Shown here: piece by piece, positions 7,940 through 17,255 of the stretch | How the letters are laid out: the number at the start of each line of letters is the position of its first letter | How positions within the stretch are numbered: the stretch's first letter is position 1 | Source of the DNA: an uncultured virus (IMG/VR IMGVR_UViG_3300014203_000013) | Lineage: Duplodnaviria; Heunggongvirae; Uroviricota; Caudoviricetes | IMG/VR virus record: IMGVR_UViG_3300014203_000013 | DNA: 64,000 bases | Strand: one strand, 5' to 3' | Notes under the pieces: model-generated | The model's input: the letters and a program-made list of their open reading frames with translations, nothing else | Told to the model about the DNA's origin: nothing | Databases searched by the model: none | Translations under genes and position numbers: made by a program

Positions 7940-8128
7940 TTAACCTTTATAGAAATGACCTTCGAATTGACAAAGCAGATGTCCGCAAGACGGACATCTA
8001 AATGTAACAGATCCGTCTTTCCACTCTTCTTCATCTACTTCTATTTCCCCTTCTGAAAAACATTCATCTGGTTCTCCAAATAGGGGAAAAGAATCGGTGT
8101 AACATCCACAAAAATATTTCACTTTCAT
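7940..8128 (-). CDS. Small zinc-ribbon protein
   Basis: FCGC...CPSCG. Confidence 0.55.
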   Translation of the reverse strand: MKVKYFCGCYTDSFPLFGEPDECFSEGEIEVDEEEWKDGSVTFRCPSCGHLLCQFEGHFYKG

Positions 8129-8138
8129 TGTCGGCTCT

Positions 8139-8393
8139 TTAGTCCCGAAAAAAGGAATTAGTAATATCGTCGAAATGGAATATGATAATCATCTTTTTGT
8201 CTTCCCATTTGACATCGCAACTGGTTTTCCCATTGCTGTTTTGTTCCAATGTTTTAAGCGTTTGTGAAAGTGTTGAAGAAGAAACACGGTCATGATCTTT
8301 AAGGGAATTATAAGTCGTAGCAATTCCTATCCCGAAAACCACGATAAATACCATCGCCACACAGGCAAGGAACAACAAATAGAAATTTTTCAT
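8139..8393 (-). CDS. Membrane-anchored hypothetical protein
   Basis: N-terminal hydrophobic helix. Confidence 0.6.
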   Translation of the reverse strand: MKNFYLLFLACVAMVFIVVFGIGIATTYNSLKDHDRVSSSTLSQTLKTLEQNSNGKTSCDVKWEDKKMIIIFHFDDITNSFFRD

Positions 8394-8405
8394 TTACGAT
8401 TTTTC

Positions 8406-8612
8406 CTAAGTCTCGATTACAGGAAGACTACCCTTTTCGAGAATATTGCGCATCTGTCCTTTGCCATATTGCAGGTCTCCGAAAAGCTTAAGTTTTTCAT
8501 TAACCAGCCATTTGACAGCACATTCAAGTTCAATGATACGACCGATTAAAACATCATTATCCAATTTCTTTACTTCATCAACTTTCATTTTATTCTCCAA
8601 AAGATTAACCAA
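8406..8612 (-). CDS. Hypothetical protein (start probably MKVDE)
   Basis: ORF, GGAG RBS before internal ATG. Confidence 0.55.
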   Translation of the reverse strand: MVNLLENKMKVDEVKKLDNDVLIGRIIELECAVKWLVNEKLKLFGDLQYGKGQMRNILEKGSLPVIET

Positions 8613-8674
8613 AGTTCTTCTGTCCTTATATCTGACGCTTCATATATTTAGGACCGAATACCTGCATCAACAGC

Positions 8675-8917
8675 TTATAAACGGACATATGATTCCGGAT
8701 CATATTTTGACAAATCGAGGTCAGACAATTTTGCCCATTCTTTTACTTCTGGCAACCAATCTATTTCGAATGTTGAACCTGAAGAATCAAATTCTGTGCA
8801 TTCCGCTTTGATTCTTGTCGTCGATAATATTGCTTGTCGAAGTGCTTTCTTAATTTGTTCTTCTGATGTTGTTTCTTTATTCCTGTTATTTAATAACAGT
8901 TTGAACTTTTTCCACAT
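8675..8917 (-). CDS. Hypothetical protein
   Basis: ATG MWKK after AAGGA RBS. Confidence 0.55.
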   Translation of the reverse strand: MWKKFKLLLNNRNKETTSEEQIKKALRQAILSTTRIKAECTEFDSSGSTFEIDWLPEVKEWAKLSDLDLSKYDPESYVRL

Positions 8918-9395
8918 CGTATTCCTTTTTGTATTCACTACCCCAAATTGGAAGCTTTGCCCATTCAATATGTGCTTTTACAAAATCAACACATTTATTG
9001 AAATCTTCGCGAGAGATGTGCTCAGAATGAAGTTCAATTTCTTCAAAAGTATCCCAATATTTGACACATATTGATTCAAGTCTTTCTACTTCCCTAAGTG
9101 TAATTCCCTTTCGCTTTCCATAAGAAAAATGAATATGAAAACATTCACTGAACATATCATCTGAAACTTTTCTCCAAAGACATACCTCTGTACAACCACG
9201 AGGATCACAGTGAGGACAACCATAATTAGATTCCATGATAACCTTCTTTGCAATATCATCAGGAATCTCTTTGCCATTTCCAACATATGGCTTAAGAAGC
9301 ATAAGCTTTTTAAGAAGTTCAGAATTTCGCCCTAAAATTTGCTTTGCATATGTTTTAGGGCTTATTTTTGCGAGCTTAACGAGAATTGGATTCAT
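8886..9395 (-). CDS. Cys-rich hypothetical protein
   Basis: CPHC..C..C; AAGGA RBS. Confidence 0.6.
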   Translation of the reverse strand: MNPILVKLAKISPKTYAKQILGRNSELLKKLMLLKPYVGNGKEIPDDIAKKVIMESNYGCPHCDPRGCTEVCLWRKVSDDMFSECFHIHFSYGKRKGITLREVERLESICVKYWDTFEEIELHSEHISREDFNKCVDFVKAHIEWAKLPIWGSEYKKEYDVEKVQTVIK

Positions 9396-9422
9396 TTTGT
9401 TCCTTGTATTCGAATTCGATTG

Positions 9423-9686
9423 TTACTCATTAGTAACAGTGATTGTTGCAGAAGTATTTGTTGGCATATATGTGAATGCTGATGAACGCCAATCTGTTCT
9501 TACCTCTCCTTCTTTTAAAACATTAGTATCAGCTTTTATAACAATTCCTACGGTGTCAGTAATAAACATTACTATACGTTTACCACTATTACTTATAAGT
9601 ACACCTATACATGGAAATTTGTTTTTATCTTCAACAGTAATATTCTCATCATCTTGAACATTCGTCTTAACACTAATCATTTTCAT
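9423..9686 (-). CDS. Hypothetical protein, paralog of 9692..9943
   Basis: FPCIG...GIV...VRTDW...TITVTNE. Confidence 0.65.
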   Translation of the reverse strand: MKMISVKTNVQDDENITVEDKNKFPCIGVLISNSGKRIVMFITDTVGIVIKADTNVLKEGEVRTDWRSSAFTYMPTNTSATITVTNE

Positions 9687-9691
9687 TCTCC

Positions 9692-9943
9692 TTATTCGTT
9701 TGTAATAGTAAGATTTAATGATGTTCCAGAATTCATGTATCTAAAATATCCTGGAAGCCAATCAGTACGAACATCTCCGACATGGAAAATTAAATCATTG
9801 CCTAATTGAACAACAATTCCATTGCTTTCGCTAAAAAAAGCGACAATAGCTCCTGTAATAATATTTTGTCCAAGACAAGGAAACCGATTAACAGTTTTAA
9901 CTAGACGAGTTTCTACTACTTTATCGAATTTAATATTTAGCAT
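9692..9943 (-). CDS. Hypothetical protein, paralog of 9423..9686
   Basis: FPCLG...GIV...VRTDW...LTITNE. Confidence 0.65.
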   Translation of the reverse strand: MLNIKFDKVVETRLVKTVNRFPCLGQNIITGAIVAFFSESNGIVVQLGNDLIFHVGDVRTDWLPGYFRYMNSGTSLNLTITNE

Positions 9944-9994
9944 TATTATTCCTTTTATTCGTGATTTCCGCCATTGTGAATATGAATCGGATTT

Positions 9995-10372
9995 TTACAA
10001 TTCCCTTTCAATAAATGACTTTAAAATATCATTTGTGGTTTTCTTATTATCGTGGATGTCATTAGTCACGGAATCAATTTCCCACTGAAGACGCTCTTCT
10101 GTCTCTTGAGCGTGATCAAGACGAAAAATTACCGCCTTTACTTTCTCTTCACCATTAAGGCTTGTCTTTACCCAGTTTCCAGTATCGACTTGCCCGTCTT
10201 TGATAAACAGTGCAAATTCTTCTCCGCTAGTGTAGCGTTCAAAAATGATCTTAAGGTCTTCCTTTTCTTTACAAAGGATTCCGTATCGAAACGCCCGTTT
10301 TGCAGGAAGGGCGGAAGTAATAAAATAATCTCCAATGTCAATATCTGAAACGTTCATATTTTTATCCATCAA
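9995..10372 (-). CDS. Hypothetical protein
   Basis: ORF in operon. Confidence 0.55.
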   Translation of the reverse strand: MMDKNMNVSDIDIGDYFITSALPAKRAFRYGILCKEKEDLKIIFERYTSGEEFALFIKDGQVDTGNWVKTSLNGEEKVKAVIFRLDHAQETEERLQWEIDSVTNDIHDNKKTTNDILKSFIEREL

Positions 10373-10386
10373 AGTGTATTATACTG

Positions 10387-10620
10387 TTAGTTATTCTTTT
10401 CTTCATATAAACCACAGGACAAACCAGAAACCGCGAGATCCTGAACAATGTCAACGATTGCTGAAATCGACAATCCGTATTTTTTAGAGACTTTCACAAT
10501 ATTCATTTCCTGAACCGTAGAACCGCCAGTCTTAAAGGAGATGACTTCTTTGCAAATGGTTTGCATCCCTATTTTTTTAATTTCTTGGATGGCGTTTACA
10601 ACCTTCTCATAATAGTCCAT
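10387..10620 (-). CDS. Hypothetical protein
   Basis: ATG MDYYEK after AAGGA RBS. Confidence 0.55.
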   Translation of the reverse strand: MDYYEKVVNAIQEIKKIGMQTICKEVISFKTGGSTVQEMNIVKVSKKYGLSISAIVDIVQDLAVSGLSCGLYEEKNN

Positions 10621-10657
10621 GTCAAAAATTCCTTTCGTTGCTTTCAATACTGATACA

Positions 10658-11227
10658 TTACCAAAATTTTTGAATCTTGTCAAGAGAGTTGGAATAATAC
10701 CAAGACAGAAAAGATTCAAAGACAAGATTTTCGAATTCAACAAAAGCATCGCCATGATCTCCCCTTGCATGTTCACACCTTTCAATATGGTGGGTAAGTT
10801 CATGAATAATTGTCGTCAGACAGGCGTTACAATCCTTGACATGGATTTCACCCCTAAAATAATGGGCACTTGCACTCTGGTCTACATCCGGGCTTCTAAA
10901 AACAAGTTTCTTAATACCTCTGACAAACAGTGTTTTACAGACATATTGGCAGATGTCAAAATATTCAGGCTTTTCGAAATAAAGAGGAATCCGTTCTTTC
11001 TTCATTTTCCGACGAATAATCTTTTCATTTTCTCTCGCTTTGGAATAAATCTCGGAAACACGTTCTTCTGCTTCTTTTTTGGCATAATGACCAAGAGGCA
11101 AATCAAGCGTTGCTGTAAGTGTCCTGATGACTTGGTAGCTTGTTTTCATGTTTCCAATATACCTAACTACTCCGTCATTGTCCATCCCCTTTAGGCAAAA
11201 AACGGAACCCATAGAACATGATAGCAT
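10658..11227 (-). CDS. SprT-like zinc metalloprotease
   Basis: TIIHELTHH...HGDAF (HExxH plus HG..F). Confidence 0.7.
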   Translation of the reverse strand: MLSCSMGSVFCLKGMDNDGVVRYIGNMKTSYQVIRTLTATLDLPLGHYAKKEAEERVSEIYSKARENEKIIRRKMKKERIPLYFEKPEYFDICQYVCKTLFVRGIKKLVFRSPDVDQSASAHYFRGEIHVKDCNACLTTIIHELTHHIERCEHARGDHGDAFVEFENLVFESFLSWYYSNSLDKIQKFW

Positions 11228-11375
11228 CTTCTACTTCAGAAAGGATTTTCTTCTCTTCTTCAATTTCCTTTTCTGAAAATTTTCCACATTCCTTCATGAT
11301 TTCAAAAAAGCTTAAGGCTTCTTGATAATGTTCCATAAGTTTCTGACAACAATAGATGGAATCTGTCTTTAGCAA
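11175..11375 (-). CDS. Hypothetical protein
   Basis: ORF with GAGGA RBS. Confidence 0.5.
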   Translation of the reverse strand: MLKTDSIYCCQKLMEHYQEALSFFEIMKECGKFSEKEIEEEKKILSEVEDAIMFYGFRFLPKGDGQ

Positions 11376-11445
11376 TTCCTCGTCTTTTTTTGTGCCTCGA
11401 CGCTTCGGAGAACCTCTTGAAGTTTTTCTTTTGTCATACTGTCCT

Positions 11446-13065
11446 TTATGCAGTTAGGAGAGGAAGGGTCTTGATTTGGATATTTGTCAAGAACAGGGAT
11501 TCTGCTTCTTCTTCGTCAATTCTCATTTCTTCACTTGCTTGTTTCGAAGATTTCAACCAGCCCAAAAGCCTACCGGCCTCAATATTCATAGCTTTCATGA
11601 ACTTCTGATTGAATTTCAAATGAATATTTCCGTTCTTATAAATTCGGATGGTGCAGAAAACTTCTTGTTTGAAGTCTTTGTCTTTTTTTTCTGTTTTGAA
11701 ATAAAAGGTTTCAAGCTGCCCATATTCCCAATCCCGTTCGTAACTATCGTTGATAACATCGAAACCAAGATTATTTGCAATCGTGAAGATGTCATTGATC
11801 ATACCGGCGGTACGAGTGGAAAGACGCCTCTGATGGCTATAACTTTCAAGTGCGCTCCAATGACAAAGAACAATGCGGTAATCAAGACTATAATGAGACG
11901 CCCTTTCGTCGCCACTGCGGCAATAACGCCAAGTGTCTTTGGTCATATGAACATTGCTTTTATAAGCCTGTGCATTCTCTTCCCGTGTCATATCCTTATA
12001 AACATCGAGAAGCTGAGAATCAATATACTTGTTGGCGTTTTTAAGAGCCCACATGACAATAGCATAAACGTTTTCTGTCGTGAAATCGATGCCGGTATAC
12101 TGATTCATTTTATAGAGCATTTCATTGCGGGTCTTGGAAGTCAAACGCTTTGTGACAGATTCCAAACGGGAAAAAAGTTCCTCCCAGTAATGTTTCTTCA
12201 AACCGTTAACTTTTTCTTTCAGTGCTATTTTGACATTGGAAACATTAACTCCGATTTCTCGAAGAATTTCAGGATCGATCTTGCTGACATTCTGATAATT
12301 TTCAATAAGCTTTGACAACCCATTCAGATAGAGTTCAACCAGAACTTCGATTTGATTCCTACCTCCTACGAGTTCGTCTTTCTTGTCTTTTTTCTTTTCT
12401 TCTTTGATGACTTCGGGGGTAGAAAATTTAAATGTTTCGTTAAACCAAAGATCAAAAGGGTCAACATGATCCCTAGATTTTCCCCCGTTCAGGTTAATGT
12501 AAAGAATATCGATATTTGCGCGAGCCTTTCTTTCTGCGTCCTGAAAATCTCCGCTAAAAAGAATTTCCGCTTCTGAATTTCTCTTTTCAAGAGCCAACTT
12601 AATTTTAACACTGTCTTTCCATCTCTGGGGAATAATAAGAAAGATATTGTTACAATTTGATTCTAGAATGATACGGCTCGCCCATGACTCAAATTCGCTA
12701 TACGGAGGATTCGAAAAAATGACATCAACATTTTTGTCGATCAGCGTCTGATTATTAAATTCAGTTCCCAATATAATCACGTCTTCCGGTAGGTTCTGAA
12801 GCAGAACGGATGACTTTTCAATCGCGAATTTCTGGCTGATTCCGTAATACCCTTTTGAATACTCTTCATAATCCCGAATAAATTCTTCATGTATTTTAGA
12901 CAATACACGTCCATCGCCAGCCCCGACATCAAGGCATGAAAATTTGCTGTGGTCATAAATTTCACACAGCTTTTTAGCCACGACCGAAATCATTTCATCC
13001 GTTGTAGGATACCACTCAAAATCCTGCCCGCTGGTCTTAACTTCTTCAAGTAAATTCACAAACAA
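11446..13065 (-). CDS. SAM-dependent adenine DNA methyltransferase with DUF4942-like C-terminal domain
   Basis: EWYPTT, LDVGAGDG, NPPY; C-terminal IRIYKNGNIHLKF. Confidence 0.8.
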   Translation of the reverse strand: MFVNLLEEVKTSGQDFEWYPTTDEMISVVAKKLCEIYDHSKFSCLDVGAGDGRVLSKIHEEFIRDYEEYSKGYYGISQKFAIEKSSVLLQNLPEDVIILGTEFNNQTLIDKNVDVIFSNPPYSEFESWASRIILESNCNNIFLIIPQRWKDSVKIKLALEKRNSEAEILFSGDFQDAERKARANIDILYINLNGGKSRDHVDPFDLWFNETFKFSTPEVIKEEKKKDKKDELVGGRNQIEVLVELYLNGLSKLIENYQNVSKIDPEILREIGVNVSNVKIALKEKVNGLKKHYWEELFSRLESVTKRLTSKTRNEMLYKMNQYTGIDFTTENVYAIVMWALKNANKYIDSQLLDVYKDMTREENAQAYKSNVHMTKDTWRYCRSGDERASHYSLDYRIVLCHWSALESYSHQRRLSTRTAGMINDIFTIANNLGFDVINDSYERDWEYGQLETFYFKTEKKDKDFKQEVFCTIRIYKNGNIHLKFNQKFMKAMNIEAGRLLGWLKSSKQASEEMRIDEEEAESLFLTNIQIKTLPLLTA

Positions 13066-13071
13066 ACTTCC

Positions 13072-14082
13072 TTACTTAACCGTTTTGACAACATCATACC
13101 AACAGGATTCCCATTTGTCAATATTATCTACAATTGTATCTGCAAAATCTTCCATATTAAATAAGAAAGAACTTTCACCCAAATGGTGTTCATAGGAGTA
13201 TCCATAGGGGTGTCTTCCATAGGAATATTGATTTCTTCTCTCTTCATAAGAAGAAAGAGTTAAAGAACTACACGTCCAGATATTTTTACGGCATTTCGTC
13301 AAGAAAATTTCAGGAATCTTTAGAATTCCCAAATCTTTTGTAAGAGCAGAAGATTTTTTAATAGAAAGTCTCCACCAATCACAAAGGTTCAAGTCTTGTT
13401 GACGGTCTTTATCTTCACGACAGTAATAAAGGCGATAAAAAACCAAACCATTCTTATAGCGAACGGTTTTCCCTTTATTAAAATTCACTGCATCGTAGTA
13501 TCCGACAAAGACCTGATTGATTTCACCTTTCGCGTCTGTATATACATGTCCGACTTCAAATTCCTTTACCTTGGGCACTTTCATATCGGATGTATAGTCT
13601 AAGATTCTTTGGTGAAGACTTGAACCTTTGCGAATAAGCTTCATTTGAGAACCGACAGTTGCCCAAAGAAGATCCGCCTTGATAATTCCGTTTTCAACAC
13701 CGGCATTTTGAAGGATATCCAGCAAAACATCCTCTCGGAGATCGAATAGATTGCCTCTGGAATCTAAGACTTTCCAAGCCCGTCCACCTTCACAACGCTT
13801 TTCAAGACCGACAAGACGATATCCGCAAGTCGGGACATTCTTCTGGTTCAGTATCCGATTTTCATTCAATGCCTTCTGATATTCCTCGTTATCGAAAGAC
13901 CATCCGAAAGCCCAGCTTCTTGCCGTCCCTTCGGTCTTTTTATTCCCCGTTTCAAAAACGAAACCAGGCATAGAAAAAACCATTTGAACTTCGTCTTCAC
14001 TTACGGCTTGGGAAACTTCTTCTTTCACTTTAAGATATATCGTAATGTCTTCTGGAATCTTTCCAGTGATGTGTTTATTCAT
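13072..14082 (-). CDS. Hypothetical phage protein
   Basis: 336-aa ORF, GGRAWKV...FDLREDVL. Confidence 0.7.
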   Translation of the reverse strand: MNKHITGKIPEDITIYLKVKEEVSQAVSEDEVQMVFSMPGFVFETGNKKTEGTARSWAFGWSFDNEEYQKALNENRILNQKNVPTCGYRLVGLEKRCEGGRAWKVLDSRGNLFDLREDVLLDILQNAGVENGIIKADLLWATVGSQMKLIRKGSSLHQRILDYTSDMKVPKVKEFEVGHVYTDAKGEINQVFVGYYDAVNFNKGKTVRYKNGLVFYRLYYCREDKDRQQDLNLCDWWRLSIKKSSALTKDLGILKIPEIFLTKCRKNIWTCSSLTLSSYEERRNQYSYGRHPYGYSYEHHLGESSFLFNMEDFADTIVDNIDKWESCWYDVVKTVK

Positions 14083-14091
14083 ATTTTCCTT

Positions 14092-14391
14092 TTAGATGAT
14101 ATCCCTTAAACAGTAAAATTTATAAACTTCTTCTACTGTTAAATTTTCCCCATTATGTCCAGCTAGATTCGTTTTTAAAGTTTCTTCCGCACAATTGTGA
14201 TAAAGAGATGACGTTCCTTTTTGGTCAACACGTTTCATCCTGCTGGAGAAGTTTTCCATACCGGATTTTCCATATTCATTTCTATAGTATGCTTCGAATT
14301 CATCCCTTTTCATTCCATAAGTGACTGGAGCATCTACTATTGTAGAATATTCAAAGTAATAGTCTTTTAGTTTAACAATAATTCTAGACAT
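14092..14391 (-). CDS. Hypothetical protein
   Basis: YSTIVDAP...RVDQKGTS. Confidence 0.65.
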   Translation of the reverse strand: MSRIIVKLKDYYFEYSTIVDAPVTYGMKRDEFEAYYRNEYGKSGMENFSSRMKRVDQKGTSSLYHNCAEETLKTNLAGHNGENLTVEEVYKFYCLRDII

Positions 14392-14404
14392 TTGTCATCA
14401 CCCG

Positions 14405-14593
14405 TTACAGACTAGGAACATAAAGACACCAGCCTTCATTTCCAGATTCCATTATTTTATAGTCGCTGAAATTGATCCACCATTTCAGGCAGATATCAGT
14501 AATTTCCTGATTACTGATATCGATTTCACAAGTAATGCCTTTCTTAAGGGCATCCCGCAATTCTCCGCGAGTCTTAGGTCGAAGGTATTCCAT
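14405..14593 (-). CDS. Hypothetical protein
   Basis: ORF with AAGGA RBS. Confidence 0.55.
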   Translation of the reverse strand: MEYLRPKTRGELRDALKKGITCEIDISNQEITDICLKWWINFSDYKIMESGNEGWCLYVPSL

Positions 14594-14611
14594 AAAACAA
14601 TTTTCCTTTCT

Positions 14612-14773
14612 TTAATACATCACACAGGGGACAACGATAATTTGAACAGTTCCACACGCTTCACAAATCCATTCGTGTTCACCTGGAGTCAAATAGATAT
14701 GTGTCGGCGGATTGTGAGTAGGCGACATGCAGGTCTTTTTATATTCTTTTTGATCTTCTTTTTTGTTGAACAT
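14612..14773 (-). CDS. Small Zn-binding protein (53 aa, not in ORF track)
   Basis: CMSPTHNPPTHIYLTPGEHEWICEACG; GAGGA RBS. Confidence 0.55.
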   Translation of the reverse strand: MFNKKEDQKEYKKTCMSPTHNPPTHIYLTPGEHEWICEACGTVQIIVVPCVMY

Positions 14774-14793
14774 ATTTTCCTCTTTAATCATTT

Positions 14794-14964
14794 TCAGATA
14801 CCTTTCGTGATGATGTGAAGTTCATTACACATTGCCTTTAGCTGGTTCTTAGACTTGAACACTAAGGAAAACCACATGTCGCCTGTGACAGGAACACCGT
14901 TGGCGCGAATCGCGATCATAATCTGATGCCGCATCAACGTACACTCTTTGTCTTCATGGTTCAT
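14794..14964 (-). CDS. Hypothetical protein
   Basis: ATG MNHED after AAGGA RBS. Confidence 0.55.
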   Translation of the reverse strand: MNHEDKECTLMRHQIMIAIRANGVPVTGDMWFSLVFKSKNQLKAMCNELHIITKGI

Positions 14965-14996
14965 AGTCTTTTCCTTTGATTGCTTTGAATGAAGAC

Positions 14997-15025
14997 AATA
15001 TACCACAGAGAACATAATCTGTCAA
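14997..15025 (-). promoter_or_regulatory. sigma70-type promoter
   Basis: TTGACA-N17-TATATT with extended TG. Confidence 0.7.
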
Positions 15026-15043
15026 TATCCCGACTGACTTTTG

Positions 15044-15556
15044 TTAAGAAAACCAAGAAGGGAATTGTGAAATAAAGTTATCAACAAGGAACTTTGTCTT
15101 CATGTCATTAAATGGATACTCAGTAATGTCCTTCGGACTCATAGGGACAATGACAAGAAATTCATCGCCATCAAGATGTTGACCCAAATCGGTTTCTCCG
15201 ACAGCCGCACAGAAAAGGTGCATCTTCTCCGTCGTATAACCCGGACTCAGGAAAAATTCCCCAACCTTTCGAATCATCACAACCTTTCGTCCGGTTTCTT
15301 CTTCGACTTCCCGAACGGCGGCTTTCATCGGTTCTTCATTACCATCAATGCACCCTGCCGGGACTTCAAGCGTTTCTGCATTGGATCCGATACGGAATTG
15401 TTTGGTAAACAAAAACTTATCAGTTGCGGGGCAATAACAAAGAACGGCTACTGCATCCCTAACTCTGACAACTTCCCTCTTAATGAGTTTCCCGTCGCCC
15501 AAATCAACGTCAACACGATCAACCTTCACATATCCGTCATAAACTCTCTCTGTCAT
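15044..15556 (-). CDS. NUDIX hydrolase (ADP-ribose pyrophosphatase-like)
   Basis: EVPAGCIDGNEEPMKAAVREVEEETG Nudix box, QFR, SPGYTTE. Confidence 0.88.
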   Translation of the reverse strand: MTERVYDGYVKVDRVDVDLGDGKLIKREVVRVRDAVAVLCYCPATDKFLFTKQFRIGSNAETLEVPAGCIDGNEEPMKAAVREVEEETGRKVVMIRKVGEFFLSPGYTTEKMHLFCAAVGETDLGQHLDGDEFLVIVPMSPKDITEYPFNDMKTKFLVDNFISQFPSWFS

Positions 15557-15574
15557 TATTTTATTCCTTTCCTT

Positions 15575-15805
15575 CTAATTAATATCCGTTCTGATATCAC
15601 GCAACAAACCACAGGAAACAGCAGAAATAACATAATTCACAATTTTATATTCGGCTTCGAGTACCGTCAAATTAAAACTCCGCATCATGGTTGCAACAAG
15701 ACCTTCCAAAGGAAGGGTTCCGTTAATATGGAGGCAAGAAAGTTCTGAACAAATGCTTTTCAGATCAGCCTTTTCAAGATACTTGATAATTTCTACGGGA
15801 TTCAT
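15575..15805 (-). CDS. Hypothetical protein
   Basis: ORF in operon. Confidence 0.5.
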   Translation of the reverse strand: MNPVEIIKYLEKADLKSICSELSCLHINGTLPLEGLVATMMRSFNLTVLEAEYKIVNYVISAVSCGLLRDIRTDIN

Positions 15806-15809
15806 TGTT

Positions 15810-16025
15810 TTACTTCTTTTCAATTGGGTTTTCAAAGGCTAAGGACAGCGCATCTTTAATCGCCTTTTCGGCGACCAGCTTCGCTTTTTCAATTCCTTCA
15901 TTTACCGGACAAAGGACCAACGTATATTTGTGGTAATTAATCCAAGGGATGTCAATCTTATAACAATCTTCTCCCAAGTGGGAATAATATTCAACATAAA
16001 TCGGATTCTTCAATCCTTCATTCAT
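15810..16025 (-). CDS. Hypothetical protein
   Basis: ORF with AAGGA RBS. Confidence 0.55.
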   Translation of the reverse strand: MNEGLKNPIYVEYYSHLGEDCYKIDIPWINYHKYTLVLCPVNEGIEKAKLVAEKAIKDALSLAFENPIEKK

Positions 16026-16051
16026 TTTCTTTTTTCCTTTTCCTTATCAGT

Positions 16052-16540
16052 TTAACAATATTCATCTGCCTTTTGATGAAGTTCGTCTATCTTCATTCCG
16101 TCCAATGCTTTAATTTCAGAGACGACTAAGTCTTCCGAACTTGTAACATTAAGTCTGGCCCCCATCCACTCTACGAATGAAAGTTTACTACCGCTTGAAA
16201 GATATTTATCAAGAAGTCCGTCAACGAGTTCACAAGAAATCTCACCGTCTTTTTCCAAATAGATTTCTTCTTGAACCCGATTCATCGACATCAGACTCGC
16301 TTCAAAAGCGGTTCCGAGACCATTTGCAATGTAATAATTTCGCGGTTGGAGCGGGAGATCATTATCTAAATAGCGTTGGTAATCGAAAACAAATCTGCAA
16401 CCGTCTTTTTTGTCAATACATTGGATGACATCCGCAAGCATGCCTTTCTGTCCCCAAGATTCATCCAAAAGCTTATCCGTCAGTCGGACAGTGACTTTCC
16501 CGCATCCCTGAACCACCTGTTTCAACGTTTGAATTTTCAT
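16052..16540 (-). CDS. Hypothetical protein
   Basis: ORF with AAGGA RBS and upstream TTTACA-N17-TACTAT promoter. Confidence 0.65.
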   Translation of the reverse strand: MKIQTLKQVVQGCGKVTVRLTDKLLDESWGQKGMLADVIQCIDKKDGCRFVFDYQRYLDNDLPLQPRNYYIANGLGTAFEASLMSMNRVQEEIYLEKDGEISCELVDGLLDKYLSSGSKLSFVEWMGARLNVTSSEDLVVSEIKALDGMKIDELHQKADEYC

Positions 16541-16713
16541 GTAGAATTCCTTTCTTCAATAAAACCATTTGTGGTTTTGTATTGATATAGTATCAAAAGC
16601 TTTCTGGTTTGTAAATGGCTATTTTAAAAAAAAAAGATAAAGGAATTGTTCAGCAACATTCTCATCATTCTCCGCACAGACATAATCAGATCCAATTACT
16701 TTTTTGCCATCCT

Positions 16714-17217
16714 TTACTTTTTTAACATATCAGTGTTTTTTAACACCCGTGAAATTTTACGAAGTTCTTTTAGAACATTGGTATTCATACGAATAGTTGA
16801 CCCGTATCTCAAAACACCTTCGGCTCCGTCACTATCCATCAAATCCTTAAAAGATCCAAAAGAAATATCAACAGATTCTTTTGTTGCGAAGTTGTTGATC
16901 GTTAACATCGAAAATGGACCGAGATTGTTTTCAGCGAATTCAAAAACAGCATCCAAAGGGGATTGACGTGACCTGGAATCAAATTCGAAAGTCGTAGAAA
17001 TACCATGCCCGCGTACCCGCATAAGGGGATATTTGTGCATCAGCCACAACATGAACTTTTCACGATCTACACCAAGTTTAAACGGCTTGAATGCTTCCAT
17101 CTCTCTAATATTAAAACCGAGTTTCTTAAAAATGGCAGGATTCCTGATGTCTGTTTCGTGTTCATGAATTCTTACTGTTTTCCCATTCGCGTAATTAATC
17201 CAAAATCCATCATTCAT
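16714..17217 (-). CDS. Hypothetical protein, possible virion component
   Basis: GFWIN...HEHE; GGGAG RBS; upstream TTTTGATAT motif. Confidence 0.65.
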   Translation of the reverse strand: MNDGFWINYANGKTVRIHEHETDIRNPAIFKKLGFNIREMEAFKPFKLGVDREKFMLWLMHKYPLMRVRGHGISTTFEFDSRSRQSPLDAVFEFAENNLGPFSMLTINNFATKESVDISFGSFKDLMDSDGAEGVLRYGSTIRMNTNVLKELRKISRVLKNTDMLKK

Positions 17218-17255
17218 AGTTTATTTCTCCCATCCTAAATAAAATATCAAAACTT

